NCBI GenBank assembly: GCA_963662465.1
Contig: OY759599.1
Coordinates: forward strand, 4,544,001 to 4,608,000
Direction of reading: 5' to 3'
Source: Desulfatiglandales bacterium
GTDB lineage: Bacteria; Desulfobacterota; DSM-4660; Desulfatiglandales; Desulfatiglandaceae
DNA length: 64,000 nt
Shown here: positions 8,712-18,600 of the stretch, piece after piece
How the letters are laid out: each line of letters opens with the position of its first letter
How positions within the stretch are numbered: the first letter of the stretch is position 1
The notes under the pieces: generated by a model
The model's input: only the letters and a program-made list of their open reading frames with translations
What the model was told of the DNA's origin: nothing
Database searches by the model: none
Position numbers and translations under genes: made by a program

Positions 8712-9128
8712 TCATGACAATCCCGTTTCAAATCGTCGTTTTTTTTCAAGGGTCTTCAATTTTCCGTGATTTTCACCGTAGGCACATCCGTAAAGTTTTC
8801 GGTACACCTGCCGTGCATATTCCCTTGAAAAGCCGAAATAATCACCCGCATCAGTCAGGTTTTTTTCTGGATTTTCAATGGTTTCCTTAAACCTCATCAC
8901 GGCGCCCGGGCCGTATTTCCGATCAAAACGGCCCGGAAAACCTCTCGTGCGATCAAGGCCCAGCCGGCGCCGCAATAACCCGACATGATGGTGCTTCACA
9001 TGCAGCATATCCGCTACTTCATAATCCCAAGCGCCTTCCACCTCAATTTTTTGCCTCAATAAATTGTTAAGATCCCTTCCAAAATACGCTTTTGCGCGTT
9101 CATTTAGATCCGTTTTCGTCATAACCAT
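8712..9128 (-). CDS. putative double helix-turn-helix DNA-binding protein
   Basis: AGGAGG RBS; DYEVADMLHV..VGLLRRRLGL and LTDAGDYFGFSREYARQV HTH-like segments. Confidence 0.6.
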   Translation of the reverse strand: MVMTKTDLNERAKAYFGRDLNNLLRQKIEVEGAWDYEVADMLHVKHHHVGLLRRRLGLDRTRGFPGRFDRKYGPGAVMRFKETIENPEKNLTDAGDYFGFSREYARQVYRKLYGCAYGENHGKLKTLEKKRRFETGLS

Positions 9129-9227
9129 TTCCCTCCTTTCATTCAAAACATTGAACCGAACAGAAATAGGGCGCCCATGGCTGAAAGGCACGAAATAAAC
9201 ACGGCCCACTCCAAAACCCGTGATGGT

Positions 9228-10496
9228 TCAGTTTCCCGATGCATAGACGCCCCCCCCCTTCCCGGTCAGGGCCTCGCCCACGGCGCTCAAACTGGCGCCG
9301 GCCAGCAGACGGACCGGCTTTTTATGCTTTTTCCCCAGCTTTTTAACCAGAGTGCAGGCCGCGTGGCTGTTGCAGGTCACGGGGCAAAGCACCATGTCGG
9401 CCCGCCTGACCCGGCTTTCAAGCGTTTTGGCGCCTTTTTGCATATAGCCGTCATGGTACTCAAAAATGCCGTTTTGCCCTTCGATGACATCCCGATACAG
9501 AGCTGCCATCTTTGTAAGTCCACCGACCATGAGAACTCGTCTCTTACAAAGGTCGTATGAAGGACAAGTTTTGTCACAACGTTCGGCCCGAAACGGCGCA
9601 TGCACCAGCATTTTCAATTCCCGTTTCAGGGAAATACCGGCCGCCTTTTCCTTGTTAAGGGCATCGGAAAGCTGCCGGTTTTTCCGGATAAACACCGCCA
9701 ACATGGCGTCCTTTTCCTTCATGGCCTTGCTGTAATGCGATAAATCCCACCCCATGCACTTTTTTTCCCTTTCCGGGGCATGGCTTGCAATTTTGGATTT
9801 CTCTTTTGAAAGCAGCTGGTTCAATTGGTTGATATCCTCTTCCCGGACGGCCAGCTGCCTGCGCAAATCATCCCCATCCCGCTGTAGTTTCGCATTTTCT
9901 TTTTGCAGATTTCTCCGGGTCCGAACAGCTTCATTTGCCTTTACGTTCATTTTGACGGCCTCTTCCCGGTAAAAGGCCAATTGCTGCTTTATGCGGGCGA
10001 TGTGTTCCACGTTTTTGTGCATGGCCATATGGATGTCTCCAAAAATCAGGCCCCTGGATTCGGCGGAAAGATCAGGCTTCGTGGCGGCGGCCCAGAAAAC
10101 CCCGGCGAATTCGCCGCCGAAAAAACAGGACGCCCAGTGCCCCATAAAGACCTTTTCATTCAACTTCAACAAAGGCTCGATCTCCGCACAGTACTTTCGG
10201 TTCATCCGCCGATCCACTTGCCTGGATAAGCGGTTTTCATTTTCGGAACACCCCACCAGAATCTCATGAATTTCAAACGGGCTCTTCCCTTTGAAAGAAA
10301 CTCCCGCCTTTTTGAGTATCTGCTTCTGTTCCGAAAGGGTAAGACATATGCCCACCGCCGGACACTTGAAAAACGATTCGATTTCCCAGAACTTGAGTAT
10401 GGAAAGACATCCGGAATCCGGTTTTTCATCAAGGGGGTTGCAAAGTTTTTTCATGGCCTTGACATAAGGTTTTCGAATTTTCATGCTTTTCATCAA
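9228..10496 (-). CDS. DUF2325 domain-containing protein
   Basis: N-terminal CPAVGICL, central coiled coil, C-terminal VLMVGG...HDG...ADMVLCPVTCNSH.AC..VK. Confidence 0.8.
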   Translation of the reverse strand: MMKSMKIRKPYVKAMKKLCNPLDEKPDSGCLSILKFWEIESFFKCPAVGICLTLSEQKQILKKAGVSFKGKSPFEIHEILVGCSENENRLSRQVDRRMNRKYCAEIEPLLKLNEKVFMGHWASCFFGGEFAGVFWAAATKPDLSAESRGLIFGDIHMAMHKNVEHIARIKQQLAFYREEAVKMNVKANEAVRTRRNLQKENAKLQRDGDDLRRQLAVREEDINQLNQLLSKEKSKIASHAPEREKKCMGWDLSHYSKAMKEKDAMLAVFIRKNRQLSDALNKEKAAGISLKRELKMLVHAPFRAERCDKTCPSYDLCKRRVLMVGGLTKMAALYRDVIEGQNGIFEYHDGYMQKGAKTLESRVRRADMVLCPVTCNSHAACTLVKKLGKKHKKPVRLLAGASLSAVGEALTGKGGGVYASGN

Positions 10497-10514
10497 CAGA
10501 CCCTCCCTTTCTTT

Positions 10515-10844
10515 TTACCGATCGAAATCGATCAGTGCTTTGGTAAGCTTCCTGCGGAGCATCTCCAGCCGTTTGGATTTAAAGGCTTTTCGACTTTCCT
10601 CCAAAACCTCTATGGCTTCCAGAAGCGCCTCCCTCAGCAACTTTTCCCGGGATTGGGGAGAATTCAGGCAAAAGATCGTTTCCTTTTGCAAGTCTTTTTC
10701 CCCTGGCCCGCGGATGGAAGCCATCACGTCAAGATGGGACAGAACGGCAACGTACAAAGCCTGTATGCTTCGGTCAACGGCCTTCAGGGATTCCGCATCC
10801 TTTATCAGCCCTTCATATTTTATAGTTCTATATAAGTTAGACAT
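10515..10844 (-). CDS. helical hypothetical protein upstream of DUF2325 gene
   Basis: EAIEVLEESRKAFKSKRL motif; start uncertain because the ATG lies inside the operator. Confidence 0.65.
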   Translation of the reverse strand: MSNLYRTIKYEGLIKDAESLKAVDRSIQALYVAVLSHLDVMASIRGPGEKDLQKETIFCLNSPQSREKLLREALLEAIEVLEESRKAFKSKRLEMLRRKLTKALIDFDR

Positions 10845-10852
10845 AGCTAACT
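10835..10852. promoter_or_regulatory. putative DtxR-family operator
   Basis: Perfect inverted repeat AGTTAG-acatag-CTAACT. Confidence 0.75.
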
Positions 10853-10953
10853 ACAACCCCCAAAAAAATTCCCGGCCCCGACCATCAATCCATCAGGGGG
10901 GAAAACTACGGTTTAAGCCAAACGTATTTTAACGATGCGCACCTTAGGCATCT

Positions 10954-11514
10954 TTAATTTTCAGACGATGTTCCCTCCTTTAACCCATGGGTCCGTTTGC
11001 TAAATTCACAGGAAAACGCTTCCGATTGGAGAACACATTTTTCAGCCGTCCAGTCATCACGTCGATATTCCGCAAAATGATCGAGCCAGTTTTCTCCTAC
11101 CCGAGGACATACCTGTATAAAGGCCATAAAATCCGTTAAACTGTCCAGGGTTTCGGCGCTCAGGGAATGCTCCATCTTACAGGCCTCTTCATCGGCTGTT
11201 TTGTCGTCAACTTTCAGAATTTCGGTGAGGAACCGAGCCAAAATGCCGTGTCTTCGCCTCATTTCACGTCCCACCTCAGCCCCTTTTTGGGTCGGTTCCA
11301 CATACTCGTATTTTTCGTAATAAACCAACCCCCGCTTACTCAGGGTCTTGAGCATGCTGGTAACCGTAGGCATCTTTACGTTCAGCCGTTTGGCAATATC
11401 CTTTACCCGAACCACCTTTTTTTGGCGGTCCAAATCAAAGATGGTCTCCAGATAATCTTCCATGACGGAAGTCAGAGGTTTTTCCGCCGGTTGCTTTGTT
11501 TTTTCCTGCACCAT
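10954..11514 (-). CDS. DtxR/IdeR/MntR family metal-dependent repressor
   Basis: MEDYLETI, KDIAKRLNVKMPTVTSML, RRH...FL, EACKMEH. Confidence 0.95.
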   Translation of the reverse strand: MVQEKTKQPAEKPLTSVMEDYLETIFDLDRQKKVVRVKDIAKRLNVKMPTVTSMLKTLSKRGLVYYEKYEYVEPTQKGAEVGREMRRRHGILARFLTEILKVDDKTADEEACKMEHSLSAETLDSLTDFMAFIQVCPRVGENWLDHFAEYRRDDWTAEKCVLQSEAFSCEFSKRTHGLKEGTSSEN

Positions 11515-11526
11515 CTCTACGCCTAA

Positions 11527-11544
11527 AGTTAGAAACCGCTAACA
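11527..11544. promoter_or_regulatory. putative DtxR-family autoregulatory operator
   Basis: AGTTAG-aaaccg-CTAACA just upstream of the regulator start; minus-strand TTGACA at 11580-11585. Confidence 0.7.
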
Positions 11545-11728
11545 CTACTTGAAGCCTTTTATCATTCAAACAAAAAGGATGTCAAGTTAATTTTTTAAAA
11601 AAATAGTTCAGACAGATACATCAAACTTGTTCAATGCCGGGATATTGGAGGAAATTTATTTTGAAAACTAATTTTCTGACGGAGCTTGTAAATATAAGCT
11701 CCCTAAATGTAATTAAATACCGTAATAA

Positions 11729-12436
11729 TTATATCCTCACGTAACATTTATTAACCCACTTTTCAGCGATAACACGAAATCGGTTCAAATCTTCTTCCTG
11801 GTAAAGGTTTTTTCTTTTTCCATCAAAAAAGTCCGGATAAAGGATTTCTCCAGGCACAAAGGGTTGAAGGACATATAAACGGGCGTTTTCAATGAGACGC
11901 GCGATTTTTTCAATCCCATTTGTCGTTATCATGGGTTTTGCGCAGGTGGTTCTAAATTCATAGGGCTTGCCGGAAGCCATAATCAATCGCATGCTGTCCA
12001 AAACCGGCTGCGGATCAACGCCTTTTTTAATGTAAACAGGGTAATTTTCGGGAAGGGTTTTGATGTCCATGGCAATATAATCCACCAGGCTTTTCTCAAT
12101 CAAGCCGGCCAGCACCTTTGGCCGGCTTCCGTTGGTATCCAGCTTGACGGGATAGCCCATTTGTTTGATGCGACGGCAGAACCTGACAAGATCACCATGA
12201 AGGGTCGGCTCGCCGCCGGATATAACCACGCCGCCCAGAAGGCCTTTTCGCCGATGGAGGAACGCCATGACTTCTTCTTCCGCGATTTGCCCCCGTTTTC
12301 CTTTTCCGGAAGGGATCACCAGAGACGGATTATGACAATAGGGACAACGAAAGTTGCAGCCGCGGGTGAATAAAACGCAACTCACAAGGCCAGGGTAGTC
12401 AATCAGGGAACTTTTTTGAATGCCCGCGACAATCAT
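11729..12436 (-). CDS. nrdG: anaerobic ribonucleotide reductase activating radical SAM enzyme
   Basis: SLIDYPG, CNFRCPYCHN, SGGEPT, KLDTNG, EFRTT; follows nrdD. Confidence 0.93.
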   Translation of the reverse strand: MIVAGIQKSSLIDYPGLVSCVLFTRGCNFRCPYCHNPSLVIPSGKGKRGQIAEEEVMAFLHRRKGLLGGVVISGGEPTLHGDLVRFCRRIKQMGYPVKLDTNGSRPKVLAGLIEKSLVDYIAMDIKTLPENYPVYIKKGVDPQPVLDSMRLIMASGKPYEFRTTCAKPMITTNGIEKIARLIENARLYVLQPFVPGEILYPDFFDGKRKNLYQEEDLNRFRVIAEKWVNKCYVRI

Positions 12437-12452
12437 GGATCAATGCCAAACA

Positions 12453-14546
12453 TTATGAGGCCAGTTTAAAAGATTTTCGAAGTCCGAATTCCGCTTGTTT
12501 TCCGGGATTCCATTGCTTGATGGGCCGCAGATATCCCACGACCCTCGAATACACTTCCGTTTCCCTGTTGCAACGAGGACACAGGGGTTGACGCCCTTTC
12601 AAATAACCGTGGGAAGGGCATACGCTGAAGGTGGGGGTCAAGGTAAAATAGGGAAGCTTGAAGCGGTCGGAGATTTTTTTAACCAAATCTTTCATGACCG
12701 CCATGTCGCTGATTTTTTCACCCAGATAGACATGAAGCACCGTTCCCCCGGTATAGCGCGTCTGCAGTTCGTCCTGCAGTTCCAGGGTTTCAAAAATATC
12801 ATCCGTATAGTTGACCGGCAACTGGGTGGAATTGGTGTAAAAAGGATCTCCCCCGCCCTCAACCAAGCCTTCATTTGCACAGGCGATATTCGGATACGCC
12901 CGTTTATCCAGCATGGCGAGCCGATAGCTGGTTCCTTCCGCGGGCGTGGCTTCCAGGTTGAAGATATCGCCGGTTTCCGTTTGAAATCGACTGAGCATAT
13001 CTCGAATGAAATCGAGTGTTTCAATAGAAAAAGCCCGTCCCGATTCACTACCAATGTCTTCTCCCATAAAATTCAGGCAGGCTTCATTCATGCCGATAAT
13101 GCCGATGGTGGAAAAATGGTTTTTCCAGTAAAGGCCGGTTCCCGTTTTGATATCCCGCAAATAGAATTTTGAGTAGGGATAGAGATTCTGCTCCGTGAAC
13201 TTTTCAAGGATTTTCCGTTTGATGGAAAGACTGTCCCTGGCCAGAAGCACCAGGTTTTCCAGCCGCTCAAAGAATTCGGTTCGGGTATGCGCCAGATAGC
13301 CGATGCGAGGCATGTTAAGGGTCACTACCCCGATGGAACCGGTGAGTGGATTGGCGCCGAAAAGACCGCCGCCCCGTTTTAGAAGCTCTCGGTTATCCAG
13401 CCGCAACCGGCAGCACATGGAGCGGGCGTCTTCGGGGGACATCTCGGAATTGACAAAATTGGAAAAATAGGGAATCCCATATTTCCCGGTCATTTTCCAT
13501 ACCATGTCCAGGTTGGGGTTATGCCAATCGAAATCGGGAGTGATGTTGTAGGTGGGAATGGGGAAGGTGAAAACCCGGCCGCGGGCATCTCCTTCCATCA
13601 TGACTTCGGCAAATGCCCGGTTGATCATGTCCATTTCGGGCTGAAATTCTCCGTAATGAGCCTCCCGTTCCTTCCCTGCAATGACAACCGGCAAATTCTT
13701 CAGGGTGGCCGGGGGATTCAAGTCCATGGTGATGTTGGTAAAAGGCGTCTGAAAACCAACCCTTGTGGGAATATTGATGTTAAAAACAAATTCCTGCAGG
13801 GCCTGCTTGACGTCCGAATAGGCTAAGCCGTCATGGCGAACCAGAGGCGACAGCAGGGTATCGAAATTGGAAACTGCTTGAGCGCCCGCGGCTTCTCCCT
13901 GCAATGTATAGAAAAAATTTACGATTTGCCCCAAAGCCGCCCGAAAATGGCGCGGGGGGCGGCTTTCCACTTTGCCTTCAACCCCCTTAAATCCCTGCTT
14001 GAGAAGGTCTTGAAGGTCCCATCCCACACAGTAAACAGAAAGCAGACTGAGATCATGAATGTGAAAATCACCCCGCTTGTGGGCATTTCGAATGGTAGGG
14101 GGATAGATGCGGTGAAGCCAGTATTCTGAAGTGACCTCCGAGGATATGAAATTGTTCAACCCTTGAAGGGAATAGCACATATTGCTGTTTTCCTTCACCT
14201 TCCAGTCCAGGTGATTAACATAATGTTCCACCAGGTCGCAATTGGCGCCGGTGGCGATATTTCGAATCTGAGCATGCTGCTCCCGGTAGAGGATATAGGC
14301 TTTGGCCGCTTCATAAAATGGAGAATCGAGCAATACCCGCTCCACCACATCCTGGATTTCCTCCACTTCGGGAATGTTGCCCATCCCCAACTCATGGGCA
14401 AGCGTCAGTACTCTCAACGTCAACCGTCTGGATTCCCACTCCTGGAAGTCGCCGGTGGCTTTCCCGGCTTTGGCGATGGCGCCGGTAATTTTGGATGAAT
14501 CAAATTTAACAATTCTACCATCACGTTTCTTAATGGTTTCAAACAT
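12453..14546 (-). CDS. nrdD: class III ribonucleoside-triphosphate reductase with ATP cone
   Basis: IKKRDG ATP cone, HIHDL, SMCCRL, EATPAEG, YTGGT, CPSHG...CPRC, glycyl loop SRVVGYLRP. Confidence 0.97.
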   Translation of the reverse strand: MFETIKKRDGRIVKFDSSKITGAIAKAGKATGDFQEWESRRLTLRVLTLAHELGMGNIPEVEEIQDVVERVLLDSPFYEAAKAYILYREQHAQIRNIATGANCDLVEHYVNHLDWKVKENSNMCYSLQGLNNFISSEVTSEYWLHRIYPPTIRNAHKRGDFHIHDLSLLSVYCVGWDLQDLLKQGFKGVEGKVESRPPRHFRAALGQIVNFFYTLQGEAAGAQAVSNFDTLLSPLVRHDGLAYSDVKQALQEFVFNINIPTRVGFQTPFTNITMDLNPPATLKNLPVVIAGKEREAHYGEFQPEMDMINRAFAEVMMEGDARGRVFTFPIPTYNITPDFDWHNPNLDMVWKMTGKYGIPYFSNFVNSEMSPEDARSMCCRLRLDNRELLKRGGGLFGANPLTGSIGVVTLNMPRIGYLAHTRTEFFERLENLVLLARDSLSIKRKILEKFTEQNLYPYSKFYLRDIKTGTGLYWKNHFSTIGIIGMNEACLNFMGEDIGSESGRAFSIETLDFIRDMLSRFQTETGDIFNLEATPAEGTSYRLAMLDKRAYPNIACANEGLVEGGGDPFYTNSTQLPVNYTDDIFETLELQDELQTRYTGGTVLHVYLGEKISDMAVMKDLVKKISDRFKLPYFTLTPTFSVCPSHGYLKGRQPLCPRCNRETEVYSRVVGYLRPIKQWNPGKQAEFGLRKSFKLAS

Positions 14547-14692
14547 GTATACCTCCTTTTTTTAATCCGTGCCTAGTGAAACATGATGACTTAAACCCTG
14601 TTTAAAAATTATCTCGTCGCGAGGTTGAGCGAGGTTTTCGAGGGCAAGAAAGCGATAAAATCCTTTCCCCTTATGGGGTTGTCCAAAAATCA

Positions 14693-14726
14693 TGTCCGGG
14701 CTTGGAAAAACTCACAAGCCCGGACA
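14693..14726. other. 12-bp-stem hairpin upstream of nrdD (possible terminator/attenuator)
   Basis: TGTCCGGGCTTG-N10-CAAGCCCGGACA, followed on the minus strand by TGATTTTT. Confidence 0.5.
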
Positions 14727-14907
14727 CGCTGAAAATATTAGCGGAACAATCAGCTGATTAAAAAATTCAGTGAACCAGCCGGCTTTCAAGATTCATTATA
14801 GTTCAAAGTTTTTTGCCTCAATGCTGAAAACTTCCAAAAGGCCTTTCACATTTTTTCCCAGAATCATTTGATTAACTCCCGCTTATAGATCATTTGAATT
14901 GGGTCAT

Positions 14908-15168
14908 TTATCCACATAATCGGAGGCTTCTATTTTTCATTTGAAGGCCGCCCGCGGCGTTGATTTCCCCGACCATGCAGATAATACGCTGCATGCCTTT
15001 TACCGTGAGCGCCCACCAGGCATCGGCAATGTCAAAATGCCCATCGTTTTTAGCCACCACCTCCACACGATCCGTCTTCGGCTCGATTTTCCTGATTTCC
15101 GTTCCAATGTCGGTGGTTTCCCGTATAAGGTTTTCACCGACCACGTAAAGAATAACGCCCGTCTTCAT
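14908..15168 (-). CDS. 86-aa hypothetical protein, degenerate CbiX-like
   Basis: GGAGG RBS; first gene after the cobalamin riboswitch; MKTGVILY...VEVV...DIADAWWALTVKGMQRII. Confidence 0.6.
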   Translation of the reverse strand: MKTGVILYVVGENLIRETTDIGTEIRKIEPKTDRVEVVAKNDGHFDIADAWWALTVKGMQRIICMVGEINAAGGLQMKNRSLRLCG

Positions 15169-15226
15169 AACATTCCCTCCCTAAATTAAAGACCTGAAAA
15201 AGCATCGGCAAAACTCAGCCGCCCAT

Positions 15227-15262
15227 AAAAAAAGCCCTTCAAGCCTAATGACTTGAAGGGCT
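15227..15262 (-). terminator. intrinsic terminator, riboswitch expression platform
   Basis: AGCCCTTCAAG-N8-CTTGAAGGGCT followed by a U run on the minus strand. Confidence 0.85.
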
Positions 15263-15329
15263 GCACCCAGTTTCTTGGCCCTTTTTATATTGTGCCGAAA
15301 CTCCGTAACACCGCAGAGTTCAAACATAA

Positions 15330-15492
15330 CGCAGGCAGGTCTTCTGGCTCTCGGATCAACCTAATCTCCACACCTTCCCATTCCGATTTATCGAAACAGT
15401 GGCATTCGTGGATTTCGTCCCCGATCACAGCGGCGGGACCGCTCCCGGTTTTCACGGGATTCCCTATTAAGCCCTAAAAGGCACCTTGTTTT
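15330..15492 (-). ncRNA. cobalamin riboswitch
   Basis: Minus strand: GGTGCC..TAATAGGGAA-TCCCGTGAAAACCGGGA-GCGGTCCCGCCGCTGTGA..GCCACTG..GGGAAGG..GAGCCAGAAGACCTGCC (B12 box); TTGACA at 15517-15522. Confidence 0.95.
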
Positions 15493-15567
15493 CTTTTATT
15501 CGAGATCTTCAGGAATTGTCAAGCGCTTAATTGCAGGATAGGGACGCATCGGCGTCCGTCGAAGCGT

Positions 15568-15598
15568 CCCCGATCCTCTCAGGCCCCGGAGAGAGTTA
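15568..15598. repeat. 31-bp dispersed repeat, copy 2
   Basis: CCCCGATCCTCTCAGGCCCCGGAGAGAGTTA, preceded by hairpin GGGACGC...GCGTCCC. Confidence 0.8.
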
Positions 15599-15679
15599 AG
15601 TGAAATAATAGCATTGACAGGGTATTTGACTTGTGATTAAAAACCATCAGTCGATTCGCTGCCGTTATGGAGGTCAATT

Positions 15680-18600
15680 TTGCCGGAAAAACATCAACCC
15701 CTGTTCAGCACCGCCTATCTTCGTTCCATCTGGGCAAAGGACTATGAAACCTTTAAAGGCTCTCCAGAAGCGGAAGCCCTTCATGTCCGACTGAAAACCT
15801 GGGCCAACAAAGACTGGCAAAAAGAGACCACATCGGAAGCAGCGTTCATCCATCTGTTTTTCAAGCAAACCTGGGGCTATTGCGCCAGCGGAGAAAGCGA
15901 AAGGGATTACGGCTACACCCTCCAGCAACAATTTCCCGTCAAGGGCGCCGGGCAGAGAGGCAGCACGGGCGCGGCCGACGTGGCGCTGGGTTGCTTCGGC
16001 CGGGATGACATGGCGGAAGTCCCCCAAGTGCTGGGCGAATTCAAGGATGATCGCTCCGGGCTTGACAAACCCCAAACAAGCCGTCCCAACGCCCGCTCGC
16101 CCGTTGACCAGTGTCTCGACTATCTTCGCGAGTCCCGGACAGGCCTGATTTCCCCGATTCTGCCGACCTGGGGGTTTGCAACGGACATGAACGAATTCAG
16201 GCTCTATGTTTACGGCAACAAGGCGCAATACCAACGTTTTGTCATCAAACCCGAAGAGGGCGACCTGGCTGTTTCCCTTCTGGGGGACGGCGCGGAAGCT
16301 TTATTTCAGCGGTTTCTCTTCTACCGCACCCTTCATGCTGACTGGCTGCTGACCACCGGTGGAAAATCACGACTCGAAAAACTCTTGGGCGAACAGATCA
16401 CCCATGAACAAGTTTTGGAGAACGAGTTTTACGGTGAATACCACGCTTTTCGCGAAACACTTTATCAGGCGTTGCGCGAACACAATCCGCAATACGATCA
16501 GGAGGGTCGATTGCGCCGGCTGGTCAAATTTACACAGCGAATCCTTGACCGCTGCCTGTTCATCCTTTATTGCGAGGACATGGGCCGCGAGTTGGGCTTT
16601 CCACCCAATGTTCTGCGCGACGTGTTAATCGAGGTGGGGGCGAGCAAGTTCTACAATCCGGAATCCAATCAAGCCTGGAACATGCTCAAGCAGTTGTTCG
16701 CCGCCATGCGGGAAGGTTCGCCCTTCGGCGCGGACCGTATCAATAAATTCAACGGCGGGCTGTTTGCGAAAGACCCGGGAATGGACATCCTGAAAATTCC
16801 GAACCGTGTTTTTTGTGAGCAGAACCAGGGGCAGAGTACCCAAAGACTTCTGCGGTATCCCAAAACCCTGCTTTATTTCTCGGCCAAGTACAACTTCGGG
16901 ACAGCGGATGACGGTGCGGGACGTACGCTTACCCTCACCGCCCTGGGCCGAATCTTTGAGCAGAGCATCACCGACCTGGAAGTAATGGAAGCCCACGCCG
17001 AGGGCCGGGAATCTCTGACCGAAATCACCAAGCGCAAGCGCGACGGGGTGTATTACACGCCGGAGTGGGTAACCCATTATATCGTCGAGGAGACTGTGGG
17101 CGCCCGGCTGTGTGAAATCCGCAAAGAACTTGGCCTCGACAAGTTCTCGACTGTGAGCAATGAACAGATCGAAGCGTACCGCAAAGATGGCCGTTCCGCC
17201 AAGATAGTTGGTGAATATGAAAAGGGCTTGCGGCAATACCGCCAACGGCTGGACGAATTGAGGGTCGTGGACCCAGCCTGCGGCTCGGGCGCCTTTTTGA
17301 TTCAGGCATTCAAGTATCTCTACGAAGAACGGCAATGGATCGCCAAAGAGTCGGAGCGCATAACCGGCGTTATGGGACTTTTTGACACCCATTCCGCCAT
17401 GCGCGCCGTACTTTCGAAAAACATCTATGGCACGGACATCAACGCCGAGTCGGTGGAGATCACACGGCTGGCCCTCTGGCTGCATACGGCCCTGCCGGAT
17501 CAACCGCTCACCTCCCTGGACCGGAACATCCGCTGTGGAAACAGTCTGATCGGGCATGATTTCTACCGCCAGGCAAGCATCAACCGAGACCTGTTCGGCG
17601 AAGATGAACAGGAACGCGTCAATACCTTCGATTGGGAAGAGGCCTTCCCGGAAGTCTATGAACGCGAAAGCTCCGGCTTTGATTGCGTTATCGGCAATCC
17701 GCCGTATGTCAAACTGCAAAATTTTCGCAAAATGCAGGAAGATGTGGCAGGATACCTGATAAAAGCCAGGGCCGAAAACGGCGGGCCATTGTATGAAAGC
17801 ACGCAAACGGGCAACTTCGACATGTACCTACCCTTCATCGAACGTGGGATTGAATTGCTAAATTCGAAGGGGAAAATGGGATATATTGCCCCAAATGTTT
17901 GGATGGTAAACGAATATGGCAAAGGTCTGCGGCAAAAGCTCAAACGAACACGCAGTCTGGACCGTTGGATTGACTTTAAGAGCTTCCAGGTGTTTGATGA
18001 AGCGATTACCTACACCGCCTTGCAGTTTTTCACCGGCTCCGGCCAGGACCGCATCCGTTGTGTGTTCGCGCCCGAAGGAAAAGAAGGCATCGCCTCTATA
18101 GATTGGCGCGAAGTGAAGGATGCTGTTTTTTTCTATGACTTGCCGGAGAAAGATAGCTGGCAATTGATTCCAGCAAAAGAGAAAAAACTGATGGCATCGC
18201 TTTCATTAAAAAATGAGCTACTTGGTTCGATAGCCGAATCCATTTCGCAGGGATTGATTTCAGGTGCCTTTTGGATATTCGCAAACGAGAGGCTATCGGA
18301 GGGAAAATATCTGCACTCTCCAAAACAGCAAGTTCGGAAAAGCTCCCCTCATGAAATTGAAGTCGAAGAAATGATAACACTCAGATTGGCGACTGGCGAC
18401 CATATCAAACGCTATCAGTCAGTAAAAACGGAATTAGGAATCATCTTTCCATACACAAAAGGCGGCAAAGCAAAGTTGTATGAACCTTACGTTATGGAGC
18501 GAGATTTCCCTAAAGCATTTGAATTCCTATTAATATATGAAGAATTCTTACGCCAAAGAGATGGCGGAAAACTGAATGACGAACACTGGTATCGCTATAG

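Noticed and set aside
15568..15598. CTCTCAGG...GGAGAG resembles a glycine riboswitch
   Set aside because: The upstream GGAGAG/CCGAAG elements and tandem aptamer are absent, and the context does not fit
16625..17806. Long antisense ORFs (also 27864-29003, 31618-32775, 38126-39241, 50506-51600)
   Set aside because: Shadows of well-supported genes on the opposite strand, with no recognisable motifs
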